A stretch of DNA of 64,000 nucleotides, taken from assembly GCA_963764625.1 (NCBI GenBank), contig CAVXTH010000009.1, positions 736,001 to 800,000 of the forward strand. The letters run 5' to 3'. Below the pieces are notes generated by a model. It did no database searches. It had not been told where the DNA came from and was given only the letters and a program-made list of their open reading frames with translations. Each line of letters starts with the position of its first letter. The first letter of the stretch is position 1. Origin of the DNA: Candidatus Krumholzibacteriota bacterium. Lineage in GTDB: Bacteria > Krumholzibacteriota > Krumholzibacteriia > JAJRXK01. The position numbers and the translations under genes are program-made. Positions 30,256 to 40,259 of the stretch are shown here, in pieces.

Positions 30256-31410
30256 ATGACCGCTTCCCATTCCCGCCGCTTCCTCGCCGTGTTCGTCGCC
30301 GTCCTGCTCGCCATGCCGGCGGCGGCCTACGGTTGGGGATCCAGCGTCCACCGGCTTATCAATCGCGCCGCCACCACCGAGCTTCCCTCGAGCTTTTCGG
30401 GATTCGCGCAGTGGGCCGATGATCTGGAGACGCTCTCCACCGCGGCGGACGAGCGCAAGTCCTCCACTCCCGGCGAGTCGATCAAACACTACATCGACAT
30501 CGACGACTATCCGGAGTTCTTCACCGGCACTCTGCCGCACGACTATGCGACGATGGTCGCGACTTACGGACAGTCACGCGTCGACAACGATGGCACCGTG
30601 CCCTGGGCGATCACCGCCAGCTATCAAGCTCTGGTGGCCGATTTTCAGGCCCAGGACTGGTCGAGCGCGGTGGCCGATGCGGCCGACCTCGGGCACTACG
30701 TGGCCGACAGCCACCAGCCCCTGCACGTCACGCAGAACTACAACGGACAGCTCACCGGACAGTACGGAATCCACTCGCGCTTCGAGAGCACCATGACCGG
30801 CGAGCATCTGAGCGAGCTGGTGCCCGGACCGCAGACCGGCACGCTGGTCGCCGATCCTCAGGAGGCGGTCTTCGACTGGATCGACGTGGTGTATCCGGGC
30901 GTGCAGGTGATTCTGGACGCCGACGATGCAGCCACCACCGCCTCGGGCGGGAGCACTTCGAACTCGACCTACTACGATACGCTCTGGCAGGAACTCGGGA
31001 GCGACACGATGGGATGGGTCAGCGAGGCCAGTCTGGCCATCGCGAGTTTCTGGTACACCGCCTGGGTCGAGGCCGGCTCGCCGCCTCTGCCGGGCGACGC
31101 CACCGGCGCTCAGAACGCGCCGCAGTTGGCGAGAACCCGCGTGCTGCAAAACGTCCCGAACCCCTTCAACCCTTCGACCCGGCTCCGCTTCGAGCTGGCC
31201 ACCGCGGGGCCGACGACCCTGCGCATCGTGAATGCGGCCGGCCGCAGCGTGCGCCGATTCGATCTCGGATTCCTCGACCAGGGTCCGCATGACGTCACCT
31301 GGAACGGGACCGGGGATGGGGGAACCCCACTCGCCAGTGGGGTCTATCGCATCGTGCTGACCGATGCACACGGAGTGTGTTCGACGGGGCGCGCGGTGCT
31401 GGTGAAGTAA
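30256..31410 (+). CDS. Secreted S1/P1 nuclease / Zn-phospholipase C family protein with FlgD-Ig (T9SS-like) C-terminal domain
   Basis: Signal peptide then WG..vH; HYIDID, LGHYVADSHQPLH, IHSRFE; QNVPNPFNPST...WNG...LASGVY. Confidence 0.9.
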   Translation: MTASHSRRFLAVFVAVLLAMPAAAYGWGSSVHRLINRAATTELPSSFSGFAQWADDLETLSTAADERKSSTPGESIKHYIDIDDYPEFFTGTLPHDYATMVATYGQSRVDNDGTVPWAITASYQALVADFQAQDWSSAVADAADLGHYVADSHQPLHVTQNYNGQLTGQYGIHSRFESTMTGEHLSELVPGPQTGTLVADPQEAVFDWIDVVYPGVQVILDADDAATTASGGSTSNSTYYDTLWQELGSDTMGWVSEASLAIASFWYTAWVEAGSPPLPGDATGAQNAPQLARTRVLQNVPNPFNPSTRLRFELATAGPTTLRIVNAAGRSVRRFDLGFLDQGPHDVTWNGTGDGGTPLASGVYRIVLTDAHGVCSTGRAVLVK

Positions 31411-31431
31411 GCCTCGGAACGCGCTACCCTC

Positions 31432-32223
31432 TCAATTCAAGTGATAGTGCTCGGGTCTGCGATCGGCTATTAGATCGTTGCGCTGCGCCACGCTCTTGTC
31501 GCGCGCCAGCAGGGGGTCGATCTCGACCACCAACACGCCCTTCTCACCCGCTTCGATTCTCCCCAGGACCTTTCCCTTGGGATCGACGATCTGGCTGCCG
31601 CAGAGAAATTCAAGACGCTGGCTGCCGCGATCGTCGACGCCTCCGCGATTCGCGGTGAAGATGAAGACCGCATTCTCCAGGGCGCGCGTGACCATGGCGG
31701 GAGGACTCAGGCTGAGCACGAGATTGCTGGGATGCAGGATGAGATCGGCCCCGTCGACCGCGAGACTGCGCGCGGTCTCGGGAAAGCGCCAGTCGAAGCA
31801 GATCATGATCCCCAAGCGCGCACCTCTCCATTCCACGACCGGCGGCGGCGTATTCGAGCGATCGAAGATGTCCTTCTCGCCGTGAAACAGGTGGAGCTTG
31901 CGGTAGGAGCTGAGGATTCCCCCCGCGTGCACCAGAAGCGCAGAGTTGTAGAGCTTGTCTTGGTCGCGCTCGGCGATCCCCGCGCAGATGGCGGCGTCGT
32001 GGCTCTTCGCCCAGCGCAGCAGGGCCTTCGAAACCGGTCCCTCGCCCAGAACTTCGGACAGGCCTTCTGCTTCCTCGCGACTCAAGAACAGATACCCGCT
32101 GGCGAAGAGTTCTGGCAAAACCCAGAGGTCCACATCATGGGACTCCATGAGTTGCTCGACTTCGTCGAGGTTGCGTTGAATCTCGCCGAACTGTGGGGTG
32201 CTTTGCACGATTCCCACTCTCAT
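31432..32223 (-). CDS. Carbon-nitrogen hydrolase (nitrilase family)
   Basis: E-K-C triad: LPEL, YRKLHLF, ICFDWRFPE. Confidence 0.92.
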   Translation of the reverse strand: MRVGIVQSTPQFGEIQRNLDEVEQLMESHDVDLWVLPELFASGYLFLSREEAEGLSEVLGEGPVSKALLRWAKSHDAAICAGIAERDQDKLYNSALLVHAGGILSSYRKLHLFHGEKDIFDRSNTPPPVVEWRGARLGIMICFDWRFPETARSLAVDGADLILHPSNLVLSLSPPAMVTRALENAVFIFTANRGGVDDRGSQRLEFLCGSQIVDPKGKVLGRIEAGEKGVLVVEIDPLLARDKSVAQRNDLIADRRPEHYHLN

Positions 32224-33350
32224 GTTCGAGCGTCTCCTTGCCGAGAGTCCCGGTACGCGCGTGCGAGGATCTCTTCCATAGTACTCAGCATGGTATCAAG
32301 GGAGAGCCTCGCGCGCACGTCGTCGTGTCCCTTCGCGCCCAAATCCTCCCGCAGCACAGGATCATCGATCAGGCGGGCCAGGATCGGGGTCAGGGAGTTG
32401 TCGTCTCTAGCGGCGGCGATGAGACCCCCCACGCCGTGGTGCACCACTTCGGGGATACTGCTCGCGCCGTAGGCCGCGACCGGCCGGGACGCTGCCATGG
32501 CCTCGGCCAGAACGTACCCGAAGCCCTCGATGAGCGAAGGCAGGACCAAGAAGTCGATCGCCTTCATCCACGCGGGAAGATCCGAGACGAAACCACAGAA
32601 GCACACGCGATCACTAAGGTCGAGCTCACCGGCCAGAGTCTTCAGTGCCTCCTCCGCGGGACCTATTCCGGCCAGCACCAGCCGCCAGGGCTTGGCGCGG
32701 AGTTCCTCGCCGGCGAGGAGTCGCATGAGAAGATCCACCCGCTTGCGCGGCACCAATTGACCCGCGTAGCCCACGATGATCTCTCCATCCCGCTGCCCAA
32801 AGCGGCGCGGCCATTCGCCGGCGCTCGCGTACTCCCAGGGAGCCAGATCGATTCCCTTGTACAGGAGGTCGACTCGCTGTGGCGAGAGCCAGGGTGCCGA
32901 GTCAAGAGTGGTGCGTGCGGTGGATTCGCTGTTGACCACCACCCGGTTCGCTACGTGACGGAAGAACCAACGGTATTGGGGGCTCGTCTTGATCGGGTCG
33001 TCGCATTCCCGGCTGTGCACGACCGCGATCCGGCGTCTGGCCAGCTTGGCAGCCAGTCCACTGGTGCGCAGGTCCTTGTCCCGCGTGGTCCACACCACCT
33101 CCACATTCCGGCGGCGCAACTGCCAGGCCAAAGGCAACACGGTCCAGGGCGCGGCGTCGGTCCGCACGCGCGTCGCCATTACCTGAAGGCCGGCGGCGCG
33201 CGCCCGCTCGAGCAGGGGCGTACCGGGATAGCTCTGGACGATGATCTCGTGTCCGCGCCCCGCGAGCCCCACCGCGGCGTCCAACACGAAGCGTTCCGCG
33301 CCGGCCCACAGCCGGATGGTGTTGGAGAGGAGAATGCGCAGAGGAATCAT
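32220..33350 (-). CDS. Glycosyltransferase family 4
   Basis: ATG at 33350; WAGAE, GQLVPRK, EGFGYVLAEAMA. Confidence 0.88.
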   Translation of the reverse strand: MIPLRILLSNTIRLWAGAERFVLDAAVGLAGRGHEIIVQSYPGTPLLERARAAGLQVMATRVRTDAAPWTVLPLAWQLRRRNVEVVWTTRDKDLRTSGLAAKLARRRIAVVHSRECDDPIKTSPQYRWFFRHVANRVVVNSESTARTTLDSAPWLSPQRVDLLYKGIDLAPWEYASAGEWPRRFGQRDGEIIVGYAGQLVPRKRVDLLMRLLAGEELRAKPWRLVLAGIGPAEEALKTLAGELDLSDRVCFCGFVSDLPAWMKAIDFLVLPSLIEGFGYVLAEAMAASRPVAAYGASSIPEVVHHGVGGLIAAARDDNSLTPILARLIDDPVLREDLGAKGHDDVRARLSLDTMLSTMEEILARAYRDSRQGDART

Positions 33351-33629
33351 GAGCCGAAACGTCGCCTCTGGGATGGGGGTTGCTCCTGTGACTCGCCGGA
33401 CCCAGTCTAGAGACCCGCACGGAGCGGTCAAGCGAGACCCCGGCCCGAGGTCTTTTCCTCTCAGTGGTCGCGGGCACACGGCGTCGCAGGGACCGTCGCG
33501 CCCGGGCGCCGCCGAGCCTATCTTCTTGCAGCGCTGTCTGGCTCCCGCAGCCTGCGGCAGCACCGTGCACGTGTTCCCCCGCACAACTCACTCTGTGGAA
33601 ACGGTTTAGAGCCGGGAGAGGATCGTTCC

Positions 33630-34340
33630 ATGCTGACGAAGCGCACCGCCAAAGAGCGCGGCCAGGCCGAACACGGTTGGCTCCATTCACGCTTCACCTT
33701 CTCCTTCGCGGACTACTTCGACCCAGAGCACATGGGGTTTCACGCGCTTCGGGTGATCAACGACGACATCATTCAACCCGCCACCGGCTTCGGCACCCAC
33801 GGCCACCAGGACATGGAGATCGTCACCTACGTGCTGGACGGGGCGCTGCAGCACAAGGACAGCCAGGGCAACGGAGGCATCTTGCGCACCCACGATGTCC
33901 AGCGCATGAGCGCGGGACGGGGCATTCGACACAGTGAGTTCAATGCGTCGAAGGACGAGCGCCTGCGCCTATTGCAGATCTGGATCCACCCAGAAGAGCG
34001 TGGCCTTCAGCCCGGCTACGAGGACAGAAACTTTCCTGAGGAACAAAAACGAGGACGCCTCTGCGTTCTCGCCAGCCGCGATGAACGCGACGGCTCGCTG
34101 AAGATCCACCAGGATGCCACCGTGTACGCCTCTATCTTGAAGGGCGACGAAAGCGTCGAACACTCGCTCGGCGACAAGCGGGTGGCTTGGCTGCAAGTCG
34201 CGCGGGGCAAATTCGAGGTGAACGGGCTCGAACTCGAAGAGGGCGACGGTCTCGCGGTCGAGCACGAGGGACGACTCCTCATCAAGGGTCGCGGGGATGG
34301 AGGCGAGTTCTTGCTCTTCGATCTCCGTGAAGAATCGTGA
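33630..34340 (+). CDS. Pirin family protein (YhhW-like)
   Basis: HGWLHSRFTFSF, LRVINDD, GFGTHGHQDMEI, HSEFN, LQIWI. Confidence 0.95.
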   Translation: MLTKRTAKERGQAEHGWLHSRFTFSFADYFDPEHMGFHALRVINDDIIQPATGFGTHGHQDMEIVTYVLDGALQHKDSQGNGGILRTHDVQRMSAGRGIRHSEFNASKDERLRLLQIWIHPEERGLQPGYEDRNFPEEQKRGRLCVLASRDERDGSLKIHQDATVYASILKGDESVEHSLGDKRVAWLQVARGKFEVNGLELEEGDGLAVEHEGRLLIKGRGDGGEFLLFDLREES

Positions 34341-34437
34341 GGAATCCATCCTTGGCTCTTCTGAGGGTGAGGCCCTAGACTGAATCAGTGACTGTCGATC
34401 GCTCCGATTCCCTCTCGCATTTCCTTCGACCAGGAGT

Positions 34438-36159
34438 ATGCCCATGAGCGAGACCACGCACGAGAGTCTGCCCGTCGACGTTCTCTTCGTGGGAGCCGGT
34501 CCGGCCAACCTCGTGGGGGCCTACCACTTGGCCAAGCTCGTGGCCGCGCACAACCAAACGGCGCAGACCAAGATCGAGCCGATGATCGCCATTATCGAGA
34601 AATCCAACGAGGTGGGCGATCACATCCTCAGCGGAGCCGTACTCGACCCCAGAGCGCTCCGCGAGATCTTCCCCGACTTTGCGCAGGCGGCCCCCTTCCA
34701 CACGCCGGTGAGCAAGGAGAGGCTGCTCTTTTTGACTGAGAGTCGTGCGCTCAAGGCGCCCATCATTCCCAAGCCCATGGACAACCACGGAAACTACGTG
34801 GTGAGTCTTTCTGATCTCACCAAGTGGCTGGCGGAGAAGGTGGGCGAGATGGGAGTGCAGATCTTCTGCGGATTTCCCGGCAGCAGCATGCTCTACGCTG
34901 AGGACGGCGCGGTGATCGGGGTACGCACTGGCGACAAAGGCGTCGACAAGGAGGGCAACCACAAGGCCAACTTCGAGGCTGGAGTGGATCTGCTGGCGAA
35001 GGTGACGGTTCTGGGGGAGGGCAGCCGGGGCAGCCTGTGCAAGCAGCTCTTCGCCGACAAAGAGATGTACTCCGCGACGCATCCCATGGTCTACGGCATT
35101 GGGGTCAAGGAACTGTGGGAGGTCCCCGCCGGTCGCATGACCAAGGGAGAAGTCGTGCACACCATGGGTTTCCCCCTCAAGCGGGAGGAGTACGGCGGCT
35201 CCTTTCTCTATGCGGTGAGCGAAACCGAGTTGAGCTTGGGCCTGGTCATCGGGCTGGACTACCGCGATCCCTTCCTCGATGCGCACGCGCGTCTGCAGAA
35301 GCTCAAGACCCACCCCACCTTTCGGCGCATTCTGGAAGGCGGCAAGCTCTTGAAGTACGGCGCGGCCACCCTGCCCGAGGGCGGCTACTACACCATGCCC
35401 AAGCTCTATCATGACGGAGTGATGGTGGTGGGAGACTCGGCCTCCTTTCTCAATGGGATGCGGCTGAAGGGAATTCACTTGGCCATGAAGAGCGGGATGC
35501 TAGCTGCGGAAACCGCACTCGAGGCCTTGGTCCAAGGCAATAGCAGCCAGAAAGTACTCGCAGGCTACCGGAAGCGATTCGAGGCCAGCTGGGCCCACGA
35601 AGAACTCTTCAAGACCCGAAACTTCCATCAGGCCTTCCAGGGAGGGCTTTGGTCGGGACTCTTTCACGCCGGTCTCCAGATGATCAGCGGCGGTCGTGGT
35701 CTTCACGATCCATGGCCCGCACCCGCCGGGCACGAGCACCTGCGCACCGTCAGCGAGTACTACGGCAAGCCCTACGCCGACACGGCGGACACTCAGGGAG
35801 CCGTCCCGGAGGAGGCTTCGTACGACGGGAAGCTCACCTTCGACAAGCTCACCTGCGTCTACCATTCCGACACGGGACACGAGGAGAACCAGCCCTGCCA
35901 CCTGCGGGTGCGGGATCTGAATCTCTGTCACGATCGCTGCACCTGGGAGTACGGCAATCCCTGTCAGCATTTTTGTCCCGCGGGAGTCTACGAGTGGCTC
36001 GCGATAGCGGAGCCGGACGAGAACGGTCGCCGCTACGAGTTCAATCTCAACCCCGCGAATTGCGTCCACTGCAAGACCTGCGACATCATGGATCCCTACC
36101 AGATCATCGATTGGGTCACGCCCGAAGGCGGAGGAGGGCCGCATTTCAGCAAGATGTAG
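34438..36159 (+). CDS. Electron transfer flavoprotein-ubiquinone oxidoreductase
   Basis: VGAGPA, HILSGA, GIGVKELW, KGIHLAMKSG, FCPAGVYE, NCVHCKTCDI.DP, WVTPEGGGGP. Confidence 0.95.
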   Translation: MPMSETTHESLPVDVLFVGAGPANLVGAYHLAKLVAAHNQTAQTKIEPMIAIIEKSNEVGDHILSGAVLDPRALREIFPDFAQAAPFHTPVSKERLLFLTESRALKAPIIPKPMDNHGNYVVSLSDLTKWLAEKVGEMGVQIFCGFPGSSMLYAEDGAVIGVRTGDKGVDKEGNHKANFEAGVDLLAKVTVLGEGSRGSLCKQLFADKEMYSATHPMVYGIGVKELWEVPAGRMTKGEVVHTMGFPLKREEYGGSFLYAVSETELSLGLVIGLDYRDPFLDAHARLQKLKTHPTFRRILEGGKLLKYGAATLPEGGYYTMPKLYHDGVMVVGDSASFLNGMRLKGIHLAMKSGMLAAETALEALVQGNSSQKVLAGYRKRFEASWAHEELFKTRNFHQAFQGGLWSGLFHAGLQMISGGRGLHDPWPAPAGHEHLRTVSEYYGKPYADTADTQGAVPEEASYDGKLTFDKLTCVYHSDTGHEENQPCHLRVRDLNLCHDRCTWEYGNPCQHFCPAGVYEWLAIAEPDENGRRYEFNLNPANCVHCKTCDIMDPYQIIDWVTPEGGGGPHFSKM

Positions 36160-36267
36160 GCAACTCGCAGGGCCCAAGGCGCCCGGGCCGCGGTGCATCC
36201 TTTCCCTTAGTGGTGAAGTCAACGCGTTGGCTGGCGCAACGGACAGCGAGGGCCTAAGCTACGTCTC

Positions 36268-36687
36268 ATGAGTGACGCGGCGCCTCTTCTCGTACTCCTG
36301 TGCCATTCGGGCGCTTGGGACCGGCTCTACCAGGCCTTCAGCGCCGCTGCCTCCGCCAGCGCGGTCGGACAAGAAGTCGTCCTGGTGTTCTTCTTCCAGG
36401 CGCTGCGCAAGCTGGTCGAGCAGCGCCTCGACGAAGTCTCGGGCCCGTCTGAGGGCCCATGGTACGCGGAGCTCGAGGAGCGTGCTCGAGAAGCGGGTAC
36501 CACCCCACCGAGCGAGCTATTGGCACTGGCGCGCAAGAGCGAGAGGACGCGCGTCTTGGCCTGCAGCGCTTCGGTGAAGCTCATGGGTAGCCAGCACCAA
36601 AGAGTAGCGGAACTGGTGGACGAGATCGTTGGGTGGCCAACCGTGACCTCTATCATGAGCCGAGCGACCCAGGTGCTCTACATCTGA
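36268..36687 (+). CDS. DsrE/DsrF-like family protein
   Basis: SG..DRL, V.LVFF, single conserved Cys in VLACSAS, EIVG. Confidence 0.7.
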   Translation: MSDAAPLLVLLCHSGAWDRLYQAFSAAASASAVGQEVVLVFFFQALRKLVEQRLDEVSGPSEGPWYAELEERAREAGTTPPSELLALARKSERTRVLACSASVKLMGSQHQRVAELVDEIVGWPTVTSIMSRATQVLYI

Positions 36688-36701
36688 GGCTGAGGAAAAC
36701 C

Positions 36702-37736
36702 GTGGCAAACGAACTGGCATCGCCCATCCGAGCTCGCCCGAGCCTGAACGACAAGCGCCGCGCCGTGCGGGCGATCTTCGAGTCGGCGCATGCCGTGCTC
36801 TCTCCGATGGCGGGAGTGACTGATCGGATGTTCCGTGCCCTCTGCGCGCGGCACGGGGCGGACGTGACCTACTGCGAATTCGTGAGCGCCAACGGCGTCC
36901 TCCACGGCAATCCGGCGAGTTTCGATCTGATGGAGCTGGGGGAGAACGAACACCCCGTCGGCATCCAGCTCTTCGGCAGCGATCCGGGCATTCTGGCCGA
37001 GGCCGCGCGTACCGCGGAGAAAGTGGGACCGGACATCATCGATCTCAACTTCGGTTGTCCGGTGAAGAAGGTCGTGAAGCGCAACGGCGGTTCCGCTCTG
37101 CTCTGCAATGTTCCCCTGATGCAGGAAATCGTGGAAGCGGTGGTACTGGCCGTCTCTCTTCCGGTGACGGCGAAGATTCGCACCGGCTGGAGCCGCGATC
37201 AGCTCAACTACCTCGAGGTGACGAAAATGCTGGAGGAGGTCGGTGTCTGCGCCATCACGGTCCACGGTCGCACGCGCGACCAGCTCTTTACGGGCAGCGC
37301 CGATTGGGAGCCGATCGCTCAGATGGTGGAGATTGCGAGCGTTCCCATCATCGGCAACGGTGATGTGGTGTGCGGCGACGATTACTTTCGAATGAAGAGA
37401 GAGACTGGTTGCGAAGCGGTGATGATCGCGCGGGGAGCCATCGGCAATCCCTTCGTGTTCGAGGAGATCCGCGCCCGCGAGGAGGGCACTTCCTGGTCTC
37501 CTCCCAGCGTGTCGCGGATCATCGACGTGATGATCGAGCATCTCGACCAGGAAATCGCGCTCAAGGGAGCGCACACGGGAATGATGCGCATGCGCAAGCA
37601 CTTCTCGCACTACCTCAAGGGACATGCGGGGGCGAGCGGTCTGCGCAAGCTGGTCTACCTGGAAACCGAGAGGGACAGAGTCGTTGACCTCCTGCTGGAG
37701 TACCGCGCCTTGAACGGTGAGGAGAGAGTGGCATGA
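36702..37736 (+). CDS. dusB: tRNA-dihydrouridine synthase
   Basis: SPMAGVTD, QLFGS, IDLNFGCP, VHGRTR, GNGDV, RGAIGNP. Confidence 0.93.
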   Translation: MANELASPIRARPSLNDKRRAVRAIFESAHAVLSPMAGVTDRMFRALCARHGADVTYCEFVSANGVLHGNPASFDLMELGENEHPVGIQLFGSDPGILAEAARTAEKVGPDIIDLNFGCPVKKVVKRNGGSALLCNVPLMQEIVEAVVLAVSLPVTAKIRTGWSRDQLNYLEVTKMLEEVGVCAITVHGRTRDQLFTGSADWEPIAQMVEIASVPIIGNGDVVCGDDYFRMKRETGCEAVMIARGAIGNPFVFEEIRAREEGTSWSPPSVSRIIDVMIEHLDQEIALKGAHTGMMRMRKHFSHYLKGHAGASGLRKLVYLETERDRVVDLLLEYRALNGEERVA

Positions 37737-38482
37737 GAGCAAAGCTCCTCATCGTATCCCTGTCGCTGCTCGTGATCTTCGCCGCCGCTTGCGGCCGGGG
37801 ACCTTCCACCGACTACGAAGACGTGAGCGGCGACACCTGGATGGAGTACACGGTCCAGCCCTCGCAGTCGTGGCGCTCGATCGCCGAGGATTTCTTCGGC
37901 GGGGGCGAGAATGCCGCGCGCATCGCCAGCGACAATGGAGCGGACTTGTCGACTCCACCGCGCGAGGGGCAGAAACTCCGCATCCGGATTCGCCAAAACG
38001 AGCTGGATCTGGTGCGCCGCCTGGCGTCCGCTCGGGAGCCCTACAACGCCGGGGTCGCCTATCACGAGGCCCAGGACTACCAGAACGCGGTGAAAGCGTT
38101 CCGCGAGGCCCTGCACCGGGCTCCGGAATTCGTGGATGCGCGCTACAATCTGGGCCTGGCGCTTCTGAAGCTCGGACGACCTCAGGAGGCGGCGGATCAG
38201 CTCGCGCCGGTGGTGGCGGCGCGAATCGACGACAAGGATGCTCATTACGGTCTGGCCTCGACATACTTTCATCTGGGGGCCTACCCCCAGGCGGCCGAGG
38301 AGCTTCGCGAGGCCTTGCGGCTGGACGAAGGATTCTTGCGCGCGCGCTACACCCTCGCCCTCGCGTTGGAGCGGATGGGTGACTCCCAGGGAGCCAGGGA
38401 AGCATGGGAGTCCTATCTGCGTCTCGATTCGAGCAGCGCCTGGGCGAAAGAGGCGAAGACTCACCTGGAGACCTTGCCTTGA
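37733..38482 (+). CDS. LysM + TPR lipoprotein
   Basis: Lipobox FAAAC; YTVQPSQSWRSIA (LysM); several TPR repeats. Confidence 0.8.
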   Translation: MRAKLLIVSLSLLVIFAAACGRGPSTDYEDVSGDTWMEYTVQPSQSWRSIAEDFFGGGENAARIASDNGADLSTPPREGQKLRIRIRQNELDLVRRLASAREPYNAGVAYHEAQDYQNAVKAFREALHRAPEFVDARYNLGLALLKLGRPQEAADQLAPVVAARIDDKDAHYGLASTYFHLGAYPQAAEELREALRLDEGFLRARYTLALALERMGDSQGAREAWESYLRLDSSSAWAKEAKTHLETLP

Positions 38483-38552
38483 ACGAGCCATTGCACTAGC
38501 ATGGGTCGACCGCCCCACCGGCGGTGGCACTTACGATCGCGAGTAGAATTCT

Positions 38553-38649
38553 GTCCTTTAAGCGGATCCCGTGAGGTCCAAAAGGATGGCGGAAATGGCT
38601 GGTCTTCGAGTTTGGAGCGCACCCCACCGCATGGCGGCGGGGTTTTTTC
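38553..38649 (+). promoter_or_regulatory. PyrR-binding attenuator leader with terminator
   Basis: CCTTTAA..GGATCCCGTGAGGTCC..AAAGG matches the PyrR loop (UCCnGnGAGG); followed by hairpin CCCCACCGC..GCGGCGGGG and T6, upstream of pyrR. Confidence 0.85.
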
Positions 38650-38737
38650 ATGTCCAGGGCCCGCCTCGCTCGAGCCTCGAGCATGGCCCCATCCAACGGG
38701 GCCCAGCCCTCTTCGCAACTGCAACGATGGGAGAGAG

Positions 38738-39289
38738 ATGAGCTTCCACGAGAAGGCCACGATCATGGACGCTCAGCGCATGCGCCGGGCCCTAACCCGA
38801 ATCGCGCTGGAAATCGTCGAGAAGAACAAGGGAACCGATGGGATCGTCCTGGTGGGAATCCAGCGGCGAGGAGTGAATTTGGCGGCGGCGATCGCGCGCG
38901 CCATCGCAAAGAACGAAGGCAGCGAGCCCGAGATGGGCACGCTGGACATTACTTTCTATCGAGACGATCTGAGCACCCTGGGGCCGGTGCCACGAGTGGG
39001 GCACACCGATATCGGCTTCGACATCAACGACAAGACGGTGATTCTGGTCGACGACGTGCTCTACACCGGACGGACGGTGCGGGCGGCGCTGGACGAACTC
39101 ATGGATTTCGGACGGGCCCGCAGAATCGAGTTGGCCGTTCTCATCGATCGAGGTCACCGAGAGCTGCCCATTCGCCCCGACTTCGTGGGCAAGAACGTCC
39201 CGACCTCCAAGAAGGAGGTCATCAAGGTGATGGTGCAGGAGCTCGACGGCCGCGAGTGCGTGGTCGTCGGAGAAATCATGGATGACTGA
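38738..39289 (+). CDS. pyrR: Pyrimidine operon regulator / uracil phosphoribosyltransferase
   Basis: [42 protein letters not shown]. Confidence 0.97.
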   Translation: MSFHEKATIMDAQRMRRALTRIALEIVEKNKGTDGIVLVGIQRRGVNLAAAIARAIAKNEGSEPEMGTLDITFYRDDLSTLGPVPRVGHTDIGFDINDKTVILVDDVLYTGRTVRAALDELMDFGRARRIELAVLIDRGHRELPIRPDFVGKNVPTSKKEVIKVMVQELDGRECVVVGEIMDD

Positions 39290-40235
39290 AATGCTCAGAA
39301 GCAAAGACTTGCTCGATCTGGAGAGTCTTACCGCCGCCGAGATCAAACTCATCCTCGACACCGGCGAATCGTTTCTCGCGGTGATGCGAAGGCCCATTCC
39401 CAAGGTCCCCATTCTGCGCGACAAGACTATTCTGAATCTCTTCTTCGAGAACAGCACTCGAACCCGGATCTCCTTCGAGTTGGCCGAGAAGCGGCTCAGT
39501 GCTGACGTCATCAACTTCTCGGCCTCGACCTCTTCTTTGAGCAAAGGAGAGACGCTCAAGGATACGGTGGACAACATCCTCGCGATGCGCGCCGACATGG
39601 TGGTCATGCGGCATTCCGCGTCCGGAGCCGCGCGCTATCTCGCCGATCGGGTTCCGGTGGGAGTGGTGAACGCCGGCGATGGAACGCACGAGCACCCCAC
39701 CCAGGGTCTTCTGGATCTTTTGACCATGCGGCAGAAGATGGGCTCTCTGCAGGGGAAGCGGGTGGTCGTGGTGGGAGACATTCTCCACAGCCGGGTCGCG
39801 CGATCGAACCTGTGGGGTCTCACGAAGCTGGGAGCGAAAGTGACGTTGTGTGGCCCGCCGCCGATGATTCCCGCGGAAGCCGAACAGCTCGGATGCGAGG
39901 TGGATTACGACCTGCGCCACGCGGTGCGTGACGCCGACGCGATCAACGTCCTGCGAATTCAGCTCGAACGGCAATTGGTGCAGACCTTTCCCAGCAACCG
40001 GGAGTACGCGCGCAGCTATCGGGTCGACGAGAGTGTCATGGCCCTCACGAAAGATTCCTGTTTCGTCTTGCACCCGGGGCCGATGAACCGCGAGGTCGAA
40101 ATCACTTCCGCCGTGGCGGATGGTCCGCGGCAGGTGATTCTCGATCAGGTCACCAACGGGGTGGCGGTTCGGATGGCGGTCATCTATCTGCTCTCCGGTG
40201 GAGCACCGCAGAGTCTGGGAGAGAACCTGAACTGA
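39282..40235 (+). CDS. pyrB: Aspartate carbamoyltransferase
   Basis: [29 protein letters not shown]. Confidence 0.97.
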   Translation: MTEMLRSKDLLDLESLTAAEIKLILDTGESFLAVMRRPIPKVPILRDKTILNLFFENSTRTRISFELAEKRLSADVINFSASTSSLSKGETLKDTVDNILAMRADMVVMRHSASGAARYLADRVPVGVVNAGDGTHEHPTQGLLDLLTMRQKMGSLQGKRVVVVGDILHSRVARSNLWGLTKLGAKVTLCGPPPMIPAEAEQLGCEVDYDLRHAVRDADAINVLRIQLERQLVQTFPSNREYARSYRVDESVMALTKDSCFVLHPGPMNREVEITSAVADGPRQVILDQVTNGVAVRMAVIYLLSGGAPQSLGENLN

Positions 40236-40259
40236 TCTCTGTTGTACGAGGATCTGGGC

